The position numbers were made by a program, and so were the translations under genes. A stretch of 64,000 nucleotides of DNA from Lepidodermella squamata (taxonomy: Eukaryota; Animalia; Gastrotricha): contig JBLDXI010000041.1 in NCBI GenBank assembly GCA_047495785.1, positions 62,001 to 126,000 of the forward strand. The letters run 5' to 3'. Every line of letters begins with the position of its first letter. Position 1 is the stretch's first letter. Shown here in pieces: positions 27,703 to 39,857 of this stretch. Below the pieces are notes generated by a model. The model did not search any database. It saw nothing but the letters and a program-made list of their open reading frames with translations, and was not told the origin of the DNA.

Positions 27703-28612
27703 CCCGGTTTACACTCCTTTGTTTCGTGCGTTGTCACGTTAAATTGATTTTGGAAATAAATAAATTCTTGATAAAGTCTTACATTTACTTATTTGCTTTA
27801 TTGTAGTAATTGAAAGGGACAAATAAAGAAAGTTTTTTGCGGAGGCTTCAGCTGGAAATCCTAAATCCCCACTGGCGAGCGGGTTTATTATTGCCAACTG
27901 CCAACTGCCTCCCAATGGCCATCGATCTTTTCTCTTCTTCACATACGTCTTTCAAGATGACTTAAGGCGGCACAAAAGGATTTCGTGACACCTACCCATC
28001 GCAATTATAAAAAATTCTGCACCGCAATCTATTTCAGCACAGACGTCTATACTATAGGCGCATGAAGGATCATGGCCTGGATCATGAGTGCTGATTTTGA
28101 ATCCAATATTGCAAAAATAAACGCAAACGCTGCGTGGGGTCCGTGAAAAAGTATTGAAGTATCACTATGAAATCTAAAACGCCACACCATTCGTAGTCGA
28201 AAATTACTAAAATCGCCCATCCTATAGTATTAGCTTGACCAACATTTATCATGTGATGCTCGGTTTACCAAACCATGTTTTCCATGCTTCGGTGAACGAG
28301 TTTGACCTGCGTCTTCCAACTTGGTTAGTTTAACCGGAGGCAATTTTCAGCTCATTATTGTTCGATAAAGTGGCATTGTAATCCCAAAGAGAAATCCAAA
28401 GTATTCCCTGCTGGCGAATAGTTATCGCTGCGTGTCGACTAGTAATCAGATTACAATACATTTAGTCCGGTAAGCACGGTAGGTCATCTGCACTACATTG
28501 GGAGCCTCTTGCGAATTGTCTGATGACTAGGTGTGATAATGAACTGAAAATCATACGTATATTTTTGCTTTAATATGGACAAAATCATTTTCGCATTTTC
28601 GTTTTTATAGGA

Positions 28613-29044
28613 ATGTTGCGACCGTTATTTTCAACTTCCTTAATTATAATGCTGGCAGCCTCAGCTTTGGCACGGCCAATTCCCTACAAGTATTCCAGTA
28701 ATAGAGAACTATCTAAGCCTGATATGAGATACAATCTCGAATCGATAGACTCTCTGTTGCCATCAACGCGGCTTCTTGTACAGCAGGATGGTATAAAAAA
28801 TAATCAGGATGCTTTCGGTCTTCAGAAGTCCTTCCAATCGCTGCCCAACAGCTTAGCGAAGTTGAAAAACCGTAATTTAGGTCTAGCATCTCCTTCGTTA
28901 CCCCGAACAAACATTGCCAAATTTGCCAGAGTTCGATCCTTCGAGCCTTCCTTGGATTTCAATTCCGCATTGAACGCCGACCAGGAGACGTGGCATGAGC
29001 AGCTTTCAAGCAGCTGGGGGCGGAAGAAGCGGAGCAACCAATGA
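28613..29044 (+). CDS. Neuropeptide precursor 1 with a single C-terminal Wamide (…TWHEQLSSSW-GRKKR), MIP/allatostatin-B-like
   Basis: Signal peptide MLRPLFSTSLIIMLAASALA. RVR cleavage site upstream; W-x7-W followed by amide-donor Gly and polybasic RKKR. Acceptor AG 2 nt before the ATG; AATAAA at ~29173. Confidence 0.75.
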   Translation: MLRPLFSTSLIIMLAASALARPIPYKYSSNRELSKPDMRYNLESIDSLLPSTRLLVQQDGIKNNQDAFGLQKSFQSLPNSLAKLKNRNLGLASPSLPRTNIAKFARVRSFEPSLDFNSALNADQETWHEQLSSSWGRKKRSNQ

Positions 29045-30049
29045 TCGACACTACTCTTGCCATAGATAATAATAATTAGATTATTCGGAATGATCAGCAA
29101 GAATTATTATTATCTATGACTCTTGCAGTTGAAAGAAATGTTTGAACTGAAAGATTGTTGTAATACTTGATAAATAAAATTGAATACTTGTACATTTTCA
29201 ATAAATTTTGAATGTTTTACGGCTTCGATGGCCGATGGCTATCTGGCGCTTCTTGTCAACTAATTAGAATGCGATTACAGATGCATTGCTCTTTTATTAC
29301 TCGCCGTGTAGCCAGTGGCTTTCTAGTGTCTGTGAGTAAAATCCTGATCGTGGAAAGGAAATTCGATTTCCACCCACAATTCATGCGTTACAATTTTAAT
29401 CCTTCTATGAACATTACAAAGCCTCGCTACAAGAATATTGTAGGAACAATTTCCGCTTGTGCATTAGTAAGAAACTGAATAGTACGAAATGGAGAGCGAT
29501 AAGTAACCATCGTTTCCGCAAACACTCGACTTTTTTGAAAGAGTACCAAATTTTTCCACTCATAATGGCCGTGATTAGGCTCATTTTTATATTACGTACA
29601 TGAAGTATTTGCCCATGCGGCTACATGGCACTCAGGGTACTTCTTCAAGCCGCAATTTAATTTTAGCAAGGCTGGATCCAATGGTTTTTGCTGATCATTC
29701 CGAACGGCGCCTCGATAGCGGCTTATAAACGTCGAAATCTCCGCCCTAGTAATTTGGAAAGATGAGTAGGCGGGGTATCGGTACCATTATACATTAAAGC
29801 CGCCTGTGAAGTTTTCCCATGATGATTCTGTCGGAATTTTGCCTGTTTTAATGCGACTATGTTCTAGATTAATCGATTAATTAACGGTTTTACTGGCAAC
29901 CGTAAATTTTGTATACAAAAAACAGTCAAATTACGATTATCTCCTGGGAATTACCCACGCCTCCTTGGGTAGTCAAACTGCGTAGCAAAATGCGCTGCTC
30001 ATTTTGAGAATTTGATTTTTTTCTAGGGAAACGATTAATTGTTTGCTTT

Positions 30050-30388
30050 ATGCATAGTATTATGGCTACGCTTCATGTGATTTTGGCAATTCTTGTTGTT
30101 TTGAGTGAATGCGGAGCAAACCTACATAATTTCGGCAGAACGTCGACGCTACGTCTTCGAACAGGCGGCACCAATTTTTTCCAATCCGCCGATGTAACCC
30201 TGCCTAATAATGCGATAGAGAACAACGAGCAGAATGGAGGTGGCAAACCCAGGGCAAGGCTTCAAAACGAGCGAGTAACCAACCAGCTTGGCGAGATGCA
30301 ATATAAACCTGTCAGACTACGCAGACCTCTAACTGGCGAATCGCCGTCTCGCTGGCACGCGATTGCGGATAGCTGGGGCAAGAAATAG
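30050..30388 (+). CDS. Neuropeptide precursor 2 with a C-terminal Wamide (RR-PLTGESPSRWHAIADSW-GKK) and a possible N-terminal NLHNF-amide
   Basis: Signal peptide (M)ATLHVILAILVVLSECGA. Canonical MIP spacing W-x6-W plus GKK at the extreme C-terminus; NLHNF-GR directly after the signal peptide. AATAAA at ~30489. Confidence 0.78.
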   Translation: MHSIMATLHVILAILVVLSECGANLHNFGRTSTLRLRTGGTNFFQSADVTLPNNAIENNEQNGGGKPRARLQNERVTNQLGEMQYKPVRLRRPLTGESPSRWHAIADSWGKK

Positions 30389-31779
30389 TTCTTTTGAAAT
30401 ACAAAACCAGGACTGCTATAGAACGTAATTATTGCGCTATTTGTGCGGGACTGGAAGTTACGCGTTTGATTGTACTTTTGAATTGAGTAATAAAAGAAAC
30501 GTTCAACAACGTTTAACCACTTTTTCTAGGATGAACGATGAAGGCCTTCCAAGTCTTCAACTGGTCCCAAGACTGAAACCAGCTCTACTTCGATCTCATT
30601 AAAAGTTATATTGAGCTAGTAACTGGCTACCATTTTGGGTTATATTATAGGCTGACTCTCTGTTGTCTCACCATCTATCAAGCTTTGGATCTACCGATTT
30701 TTGTCTGGGTCGAGGAGGTATCCCAGCTCAACTCGGCTTGTAACGAACTTCCTTTACAACGAATTGATTCCTGACACCTTAGTGGTTCTCGCTATAATAA
30801 TATATTTGTATTAGTAGCCCAATAGAGCAACGGGAAATTTCACCGTTACGCCGGGAAGTTACGCAGATTCGACACTCGTGTCAGTAGAACCTACTAGTGC
30901 GAATACTGAAATAACAAGGTAGCTTTTTTGAAACTTAACCTAAGAACAGAACTGGGTTTCCGGGATTGCGGTTAGCTGAACTGAGCTAAAATGAGAATGT
31001 CATGATGCCTTTTCAGAATGTAATGATGATCCCGGGTCACATTCTGCGAAATTTGACCAGTTGTCACTTGTCACTCTTCTTTCAACCTTGGCTTCATACT
31101 GATCAGTGACGACCAGTGACAATCTGAACTCAAGAATGGTTTGACGAATATGTAGTAGAAAATGGAGAATAAAATGCACGTCACAATGAGTGGCATTTCA
31201 TGCAGCGACAATAATTATTTTATCATCTTCCGTTACAATTTGTTGTTCCATTTCTATTCTTCGACTCTTCCTCTCCATTCCGGATTCCAGATTCTGCTGG
31301 CTTAGACAACTTAGACAAATGGATTGGAATCGGAAGCAGGAAGAAGGAAGAATATATAACGACAACAAATAAATAGGGATGAAACATTCCTATTTATTTG
31401 TAGCCGTTACCGCTTCGCCGCCCGGCCTCCTTTGCCGAAGAGGAAGAAGGCACATCCATCCGACTTCATCATCTTTATATCTTCATCCTTCATCATCTTC
31501 CAGCTCATTTATTAGTAAATTTTACCCGCTCAAATGCGTTTAGATTTCCCAATTCGCGAATACCCAAGCTCGTTGTTGCTGTTTAATAGCTGTATCGTTG
31601 CTTGTTGCCGAAACCGTTAATTGTTAATTCTGATGGAGAAACTCCGGTTGGACTCTACTCGGCGATGCGAGAACCAACGTAGTCGCGGCAGCAGCGTCTT
31701 CCCTACTTCAAGTCGCACCGTCTCTCATGTATTAAATTTCAATTTCTGCCAGTTTCGGTGATCACGTAACTGAAAAATA

Positions 31780-31903
31780 TTCGGGGGTTTGACTTTCGGG
31801 AATTATAGCTTTCGGGCGTTGTTAGTAAATTCGGGCAAGTGCTTTCGGGTCATCGCTTACATGACATTCGGTTGTTTTTCATTCGGGCACATGACAGCTA
31901 GCC
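31780..31903. repeat. Array of TTCGGG/TTCGGT motifs at ~15-bp spacing, resembling a subterminal array of a TIR DNA transposon end
   Basis: Seven copies at ~31780, 31795, 31811, 31830, 31844, 31867 and 31882, ending ...ttcgggcacatgacagctagccg. Confidence 0.6.
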
Positions 31904-32007
31904 GCGAAAATCAGAATATTGTTTGCAAGGAAGTTCCAGAAAGCTCCATTTCAGATTCAGTTTTGGTGAAGTTTCTATTTTTCATACTCTCGATTCTTTG
32001 ATACCTC

Positions 32008-32172
32008 ACGGCGGAAAATAATTTGGCGGAAAATCACTTGGCGGAAAAGTAACTCAGCGGAAAATGATGCTGGCGGAAATGCTGATGGCGGAAATGCGAT
32101 TGGCGGAAATTGTTTTGGCGGAAAAGCTTCAGCGGAGATGCACAAGCGGAAATTAGCTCTTTCATGGCGAAT
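32008..32172. repeat. Array of ten (G/A)GCGGAAA motifs at 14-16-bp spacing with variable spacers
   Basis: GCGGA starts at 32011, 32026, 32041, 32057, 32073, 32088, 32103, 32118, 32132 and 32146. Confidence 0.8.
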
Positions 32173-32290
32173 TATTCATCTCCGGTAGAAAAAATATTTG
32201 GCAACATTTCTAGGGGTTTTAGGGGTCCCTGATCACAATTTTGAAACCCGCTTGTCTCTATCTATCACCGTTGAGGCTGTGCGAAAAGTG

Positions 32291-32566
32291 GTCGAAATCT
32301 CCCTATCGGCCCAGCTGATTTCAGCACAATTTTCAAACACCCTAGTTTCAGCATCAGATGCTCTCAGCATTGATTTTTCATGCCTTAACAGTCCCTGAAA
32401 ATCTCCCTTTATTATTCTGAGAAAAGAAATCAGTTAAATCCAGTTTTTAAAAATCAGCATTTTGATCAGTATTCAGCCAAGTCAGTTTTTCATACGCTGC
32501 TGTTTTGAAGCACAAAAACACGCATCTCGCATATATAACGTCTGGGCCGATAGGACGATTTCGACT
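32291..32566. mobile_element. Non-autonomous TIR/foldback fragment bounded by ~24-bp inverted repeats
   Basis: GTCGAAATCTCCCTATCGGCCCAG (32291) versus CTGGGCCGATAGGACGATTTCGAC (~32542), 22/24 complementary. No ORF inside. Confidence 0.55.
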
Positions 32567-33921
32567 GGTTTGAATAAACTTCAATAGCTTCATCATTTGT
32601 TATTTCAAGTTCAAAATAATCGACACAGAGGTCAATGAAACTATGGCGAATTATCAAAAAAAAAATCAGAAACTCCCGTAATTTCGAATTGAAAAAATCG
32701 AAATTTCAATATCAGGTAGACTGTTTTAAAATAGCTACCATATTCTGGTCATGCCAAATATCGGCGCGTTCGTTTGAAATTCTTATAGCCAACATCGGAA
32801 AGTAGTATTCCTCAAACGGGCGATCAACAATTCATCAAATTCAAATTACTGTGAATTTTGAAAGACTAAATTCCGAAATCGTCCTTATGGCCATGATAGG
32901 GTTAGAGGTTAGAGCACACGAAAAAGTAAAATTTACCGTCAATGTGGCACACTGTCCGTCAGCGCATTCTGTTTTGGTGGCACACCCAGTTTTAATTCAC
33001 CCCAAATTTTAGCCCAATTCTGAAGCTCATCTTGAAATGAGAGCTATGAAATGAGAGCAATTTAGAGCTATGAATGGAAGACTTCATTGCCGGAAAACAT
33101 TATTTGGTGTTTACGTGGAAAAATAGTTGATCCGCTGCTCCGCGGTTTAGGGCACCAGTTGTTTGCACGCATAGCGGGCGGTAGCTCAAAGGGTGCACGG
33201 CGTAGTCGCCTCGTAATTCAGTCATGAGTATGCCGGCAAGTGCGGGTTTGAAAGCGGATTAGCACGCGGCAAAGGCGACAGTGTCAAGGAAAGAGGTCAT
33301 GAGTGCACCGTGGCCTCGCCTAAGATGAGGCCAATAAGGTGGACTACAGGCGCTTAGATAAAAATCTTAATAGCTGTCGCCTCCGGTATTTTCTAATTTA
33401 CTATAATGTTGCGCCCTTTTTTATTGTTTCAATGTGTGTGTAACTTCGGCTCTTTGGATTCGGACGCTTCGGACCTTGTAGGTATAGAGAATAGAGGAAT
33501 AGAGATAATGTCTATTCCTCCAAGCTTCGGACGGCCCATCCGAAGCGCGGCGGTCCGAAGTCTATTGTTCTCGTACTTCGGCGCCCTCATGTTGTTCTCT
33601 TGGAGGAAATGATTCCTTCCTCCAAGGTTGTTCTCGCGTCGCCCGCGTCGGTCGAAGTTGTGCGCGTTTATAAATGACGATCTCGTTCTTCAGACGTCCG
33701 CGCGCCCAACTTCGACCGTCCGAAATAGTTTATAAATCCAGCATATAAGCCTGAGCTTCCCGAAATTCCGGGGAGAGAAAAAATTAAACCCTCACCGTTC
33801 ATGGTTTTTAGTCAGCAATTAGTCATCATTCTACATTCTGCGCCCGCACCTTGTCACGATGAAGCTTGTCGACAGTTTCGTTTGAGGAAGATGCTTATTG
33901 TTTTTCGCTTTTTTCGCTTAT

Positions 33922-34010
33922 TGGAAGAATAGGAAGAAGAACAGGAAGAGAGAAAGGAAGAAGAAGGAAGAACAGAAGGAAGAAGGAAGAATAAGAGAAG
34001 GAAGAGGAAG
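33922..34010 (+). repeat. Polypurine (GAA/GGAA) low-complexity tract
   Basis: ~90 nt almost entirely G/A (ggaagaataggaagaagaacaggaagagagaaagg...). Confidence 0.85.
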
Positions 34011-36332
34011 ATCATCTTGGCAAATTACCCTTGGCGCAATCGTCTTTACGCACGGCACTTACGATTGTGCTTCTGTTTTACATACAATACTGTGCCTACT
34101 ACCTACAATAGTACAATAGGCGCCGATTGTGTCGCTTCGGCACCGCCACAGCAGTAGCAGGTAGTCGGGCGCAAATGTTTGCTCAGAAGGCGGTGGCGCG
34201 TGTTTTGGCCAGTAGCTCATCCTGGCTCAAGAAAGCGGCAAATTTATTGCCTATTATATTAACGTCTGTTGCGTTATATGATAACGCGCCTATAAAATAA
34301 CACGCCGGCGCCCTATTATGATGTAGCTGACAATAAACAGGTTCGCCGCCCGCGTCATCATCACGATCATTATTATTATTGCAATTTAATGACTTGAATA
34401 TTGACTTTTGCTGCTAGCGATTCTAGCAAAAGAAGAAGGCAGTGTTTGCTCGCTCAACAATATTATTACGGCCCATTATCACGAGTGTATATTATTGTGT
34501 CTTACTAGCAATAGTTAAGAAAAGGTGACTAAACATGACTCTGGCGATGATTATAGTATTGTTGTTTGCTCTCATCCTGATGCGCTCTTATTACTGAAGA
34601 AGGAGAAGAGAACAAGAAGCAAGGTGCGCCTGGCCATGTTTTGTTCCACACTAAACTGCGATAGAGCGCATCGACACACTTATTTTCGGTCCCGCGCGAG
34701 CACAAATAACACACGGCTGCTGCTGCTGCTGCTGCTATTGCTGCTATCATGTTTGTTCACATCGATCCACACACATGCACAGCATAGAGCACTTGCCGCG
34801 ATTGCCGATAAATGCCGTTATAGCATGACAGTGGAACTGCCAAGTTGAGAGCAATTGTATTAACTTTCGGTGTTTTCGCACCTCATCAGCTGCGCATCAG
34901 CAGCGCACATCATCTTTCTTCAATTTACTGATTTTCTACCATAATAATAATATATCAAGATAGTATAATGGTGTTGATATATAATAAATACATTGACAAA
35001 TAAGTCATTACGATTATCACAACACTAACACGATAGCCATCGACGAGCAAATATCAGTATAAGCGCAGCAATAATACGCCCTGTTGAAAATAATTATTAT
35101 TCCAAGGCGCTGCTCATCAAGCTCATCACACCAAAACGATGATGAAATGAAAGACAAACCACTCGCAATTGCTGTATAAAGGTATCCCAGCAGCAATAGC
35201 ACCATTTTTCTGCTATAATATTATTATTATTTTACATCAAATACTCACCCGCCCGGCTGCTCCAACTACTCCTGAGTTGAGCATTTTATGACACTTGTTA
35301 TACTGATAAGTAAAAGCGGCAGCGGCAAAAGACAACACTGATAATCATTGCTAAATTACTGGGTAATCGACAATACAAGGCCTTTGTTTATTTTTGCGAT
35401 TGATAACGAGTACCCTCTCGCCACTGCCTTCGAAAAATGGAACAGATACCTAATATAATACCATGGCTACGCAACTGGCGCTGATGCGCCACGGCGCAGA
35501 AACTTGCGCGGAGGCCGAGCCTGCTAATGCTCATGATGATGGTTATGATGCGATAAGTGAGAAATGAACAAGATGTTAATTTACCATAATGATTCAAGTA
35601 AACAATATAAAATATATCAGGTGCTCACACCATTCAGTTCGAATATGTACAGAATATTTAGAGCGGCCTGAACAAATATTGCAGAGCCTTTGCATCTAAT
35701 ACAATCTACAATGTATGCGAAACCGTGAATTTGATACGAAAATTGAAATTATATTAAAAAGTTGCCAGCAGGTTTTTTGCCGCGTACTTCGAATGGAAAT
35801 CCCGCTAGAAGTATGTTTAACATACTTTGCAATGTTGCAAGTGTTGTGTTCTGCAAGCTGGTAGACAGTTTCAAATATCTTTTAAAGGCCAAAAAAATAC
35901 CAGTTATTAGACCGAATACCACGTTTTATTCCATTCAATATACATATATATGATATGATAAATATTTTTATTACGACTTTTTGCTACGCAATATTGGTGT
36001 CGCTTTGCTCGTGAAGTTATTTGCACATCGTCCAACGAAGATAAAACTTTTTCTTAAAATACGATATTTACGCACTCATTTTCTGTGATTCTCCACCATT
36101 TGGCTTGACGTTTGGCAGAACGAACACTTTCGTCAGAACACAAGATTTCCAGTTGTACAGTAATACGCCAAATCAGATAAGCTTTGAATGTTTCAAAAAA
36201 CAAAACGAGGGAGCGCAAATGTGCGCTAGCAATTGAACGATTTTCGGCATCGCAAATTCATGACGAGACGAAAATACGCATTTATAATATTTACAAGGTG
36301 TAACACAATAGCATGCACGTGAAAAAACCAGC

Positions 36333-37792
<1,460 letters not shown>

Positions 37793-39857
37793 TATTTTAT
37801 CGAAGCCCTAGATTCTAATAGAACTAAACATGAAAAGACATTGATTGAAAACAATAACTAAGCATATCATCGTAAAAGAGCTGTTTTTACAAGGCGGCAA
37901 CATTGCCGGCAAATATTGGCGCTGTTAATTAATAAATCCAGTTCTATACACAGGTGTATGTGTGATTGGCAACAATGTATTCGATGAACTGGGTTCTTGC
38001 GTATGCAAACACGTGAGAAGAAAAACCAACTAACAAGCGCGGTGACAAAAATGATTAGGTTCCAGTAGCACAGTCGATACGCCGATGAGCTACAGCAGCA
38101 GCAGCAGCAGCAGCGGTGTAAAAGTCGTCACTATATCCAAGGCGCTGCCAACAGGATAACTGAGGCAATTAAGATGTATTTGCTCGTTCCAAGTGTCCGA
38201 CGGGCGGTGAAAAAGCCGTGTGGCCAATAGGAAGGCGCGCAGTTTCGAGCCAGCCTGCTATTGGCCAGCGTTTGCTGTAGTAAGTTTTTATTGCGCACGT
38301 GAGTCATCACAATCATTACTGCTCGTATTACTACTACTGCCTGGTGTGTATTAGGCGCAGCGGAAATATCATCGAGTAGGCAGCAATATTTGCTCGCAAT
38401 TGTAATGTTATTAATTGTCGCCTTCTCGCGGCGCCTGATGACGCCCGCTAGATGCCTGTTTGTTTAACATCAACACGAGCATCTCTTCCTCCTTATTACC
38501 GCTCACCGTAATGGCCGGGTAAATATTATTGGCCCGAGTAAAATGACACTTCCCGCTTCCTAATTTGTACATGTACTTATCGGGCGACACGTTCTGCCGA
38601 TCCAACGTTGCCGTTTTTCGCGCGTAATGGCCGTCGACTCGGCGCCCGTCGAGGGCTCTTCAAGCGTGCCAAATTTGCCAGCTTGTAACTGTATTGCACA
38701 TTAGCTGGACTGACAGCCAGCACGTGAGAATGGTCTCGTGCCAATCAAAGCGTTGGGATGGAAAATACGCTGGGACGACCCTTCAAAAATGCCCGACTGC
38801 CACCTTTATTACTAAATGTATACACAGTAATCGAATAGGAACGTAATAACAGCCATCACAAAATCAAAACCAGGTTACGATGTCTTGAATAATAATCATT
38901 ATGATTTGATGCAATTAGTCCTGAATTATTAGCAAAATGGAGTTTGACAGAAGCTACTGGAAGGTAAACTTTACTCTTGACAAAAAAGTTGAAGCAATCG
39001 AATTTCATCATATATAATATAGTATACAGTATACAGTATTATCTTTTTTTGAAGATGTAGTATAGCCGATGATAGTAGCCGAAGTCAGGTAGAAACCGCT
39101 TTCCCCAGCTTGGCAACAATCGGCCCCCGTGATCACACCAGTAGGTGAAGTAGGTTCCTCGAGGTGAGGGGTACGCTTGGATATTTTCAGCCCCGAATTT
39201 ATCTGACCAAAGGGCTTACATCACTCGCTGTTAGTCCTAGAGACCCTTCAATCCCGTATTAGTTTCCCCTTTCATGTTCGATCTTTAATATCTACTTCTT
39301 GTAAACCTTTCTATTCCTGTATCCTCCGTTATCAGAAGCTCGTACTATTGTAAGCCCTATAAATTGAGCTAAATATTGGTACATGCATTGGGATCGATCT
39401 ATACGTGATGAGTAGAAACAATGAAGGCGAATAAAGAATGGGGTTACATTAAAAGAATATAGGGTCACATTTTCAATCCGTTTTGATTTTTGATTCAACT
39501 AATGATCGTGCATTACTGTTGAAGGAATTAATTACAACAAAATTTAGATTATGGTGCTGGTGATTCGACTGGCAGAACATGACAATCTATATAGCAATCG
39601 GTTGTTTGCGCTGGTCGTCTGAGGCATGAAAGATGATATACTTTCACATTTCATAGGCCTATTATAGATATTCACTTTAGAACATACAAAATAAACAAAA
39701 GCGTCTTTTTCGTTCGCTATGCTATCAACAGTTTATATAAAATGATGAACTGATTTTCACCGCGCTTTATCTTGTTGCATGACTTCACAGTGTGCCATTC
39801 ACACGACAAAGAAAAAAGAAAGCGACGCAATCGTTGTCTGACTCGCTGGTTCTCGCT

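Noticed and set aside
28520-28555. CTGATGA...GAAA upstream of precursor 1
   Set aside because: No stem II pairing between the motifs, so it is not a hammerhead.
30530-30602. Acceptor plus ATG just after precursor 2, suggesting a third peptide gene
   Set aside because: Frames close after 12-23 codons, with no signal peptide or W-G-basic motif.
32008-32172. CRISPR-like repeat/spacer appearance
   Set aside because: Repeats are ~7 bp and spacers ~8 bp, far below CRISPR dimensions. There are no cas genes and the context is eukaryotic.
33173-33260. tRNA/SINE-like A-box (TAGCTCAAAGG) and B-box-like GGTTTGAAAGC
   Set aside because: No cloverleaf can be built and the B-box is degenerate. At most an old SINE relic.
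39060-39500. Possible RTE-type LINE 3' fragment
   Set aside because: Only a vague resemblance in a stop-riddled frame; no diagnostic motif.
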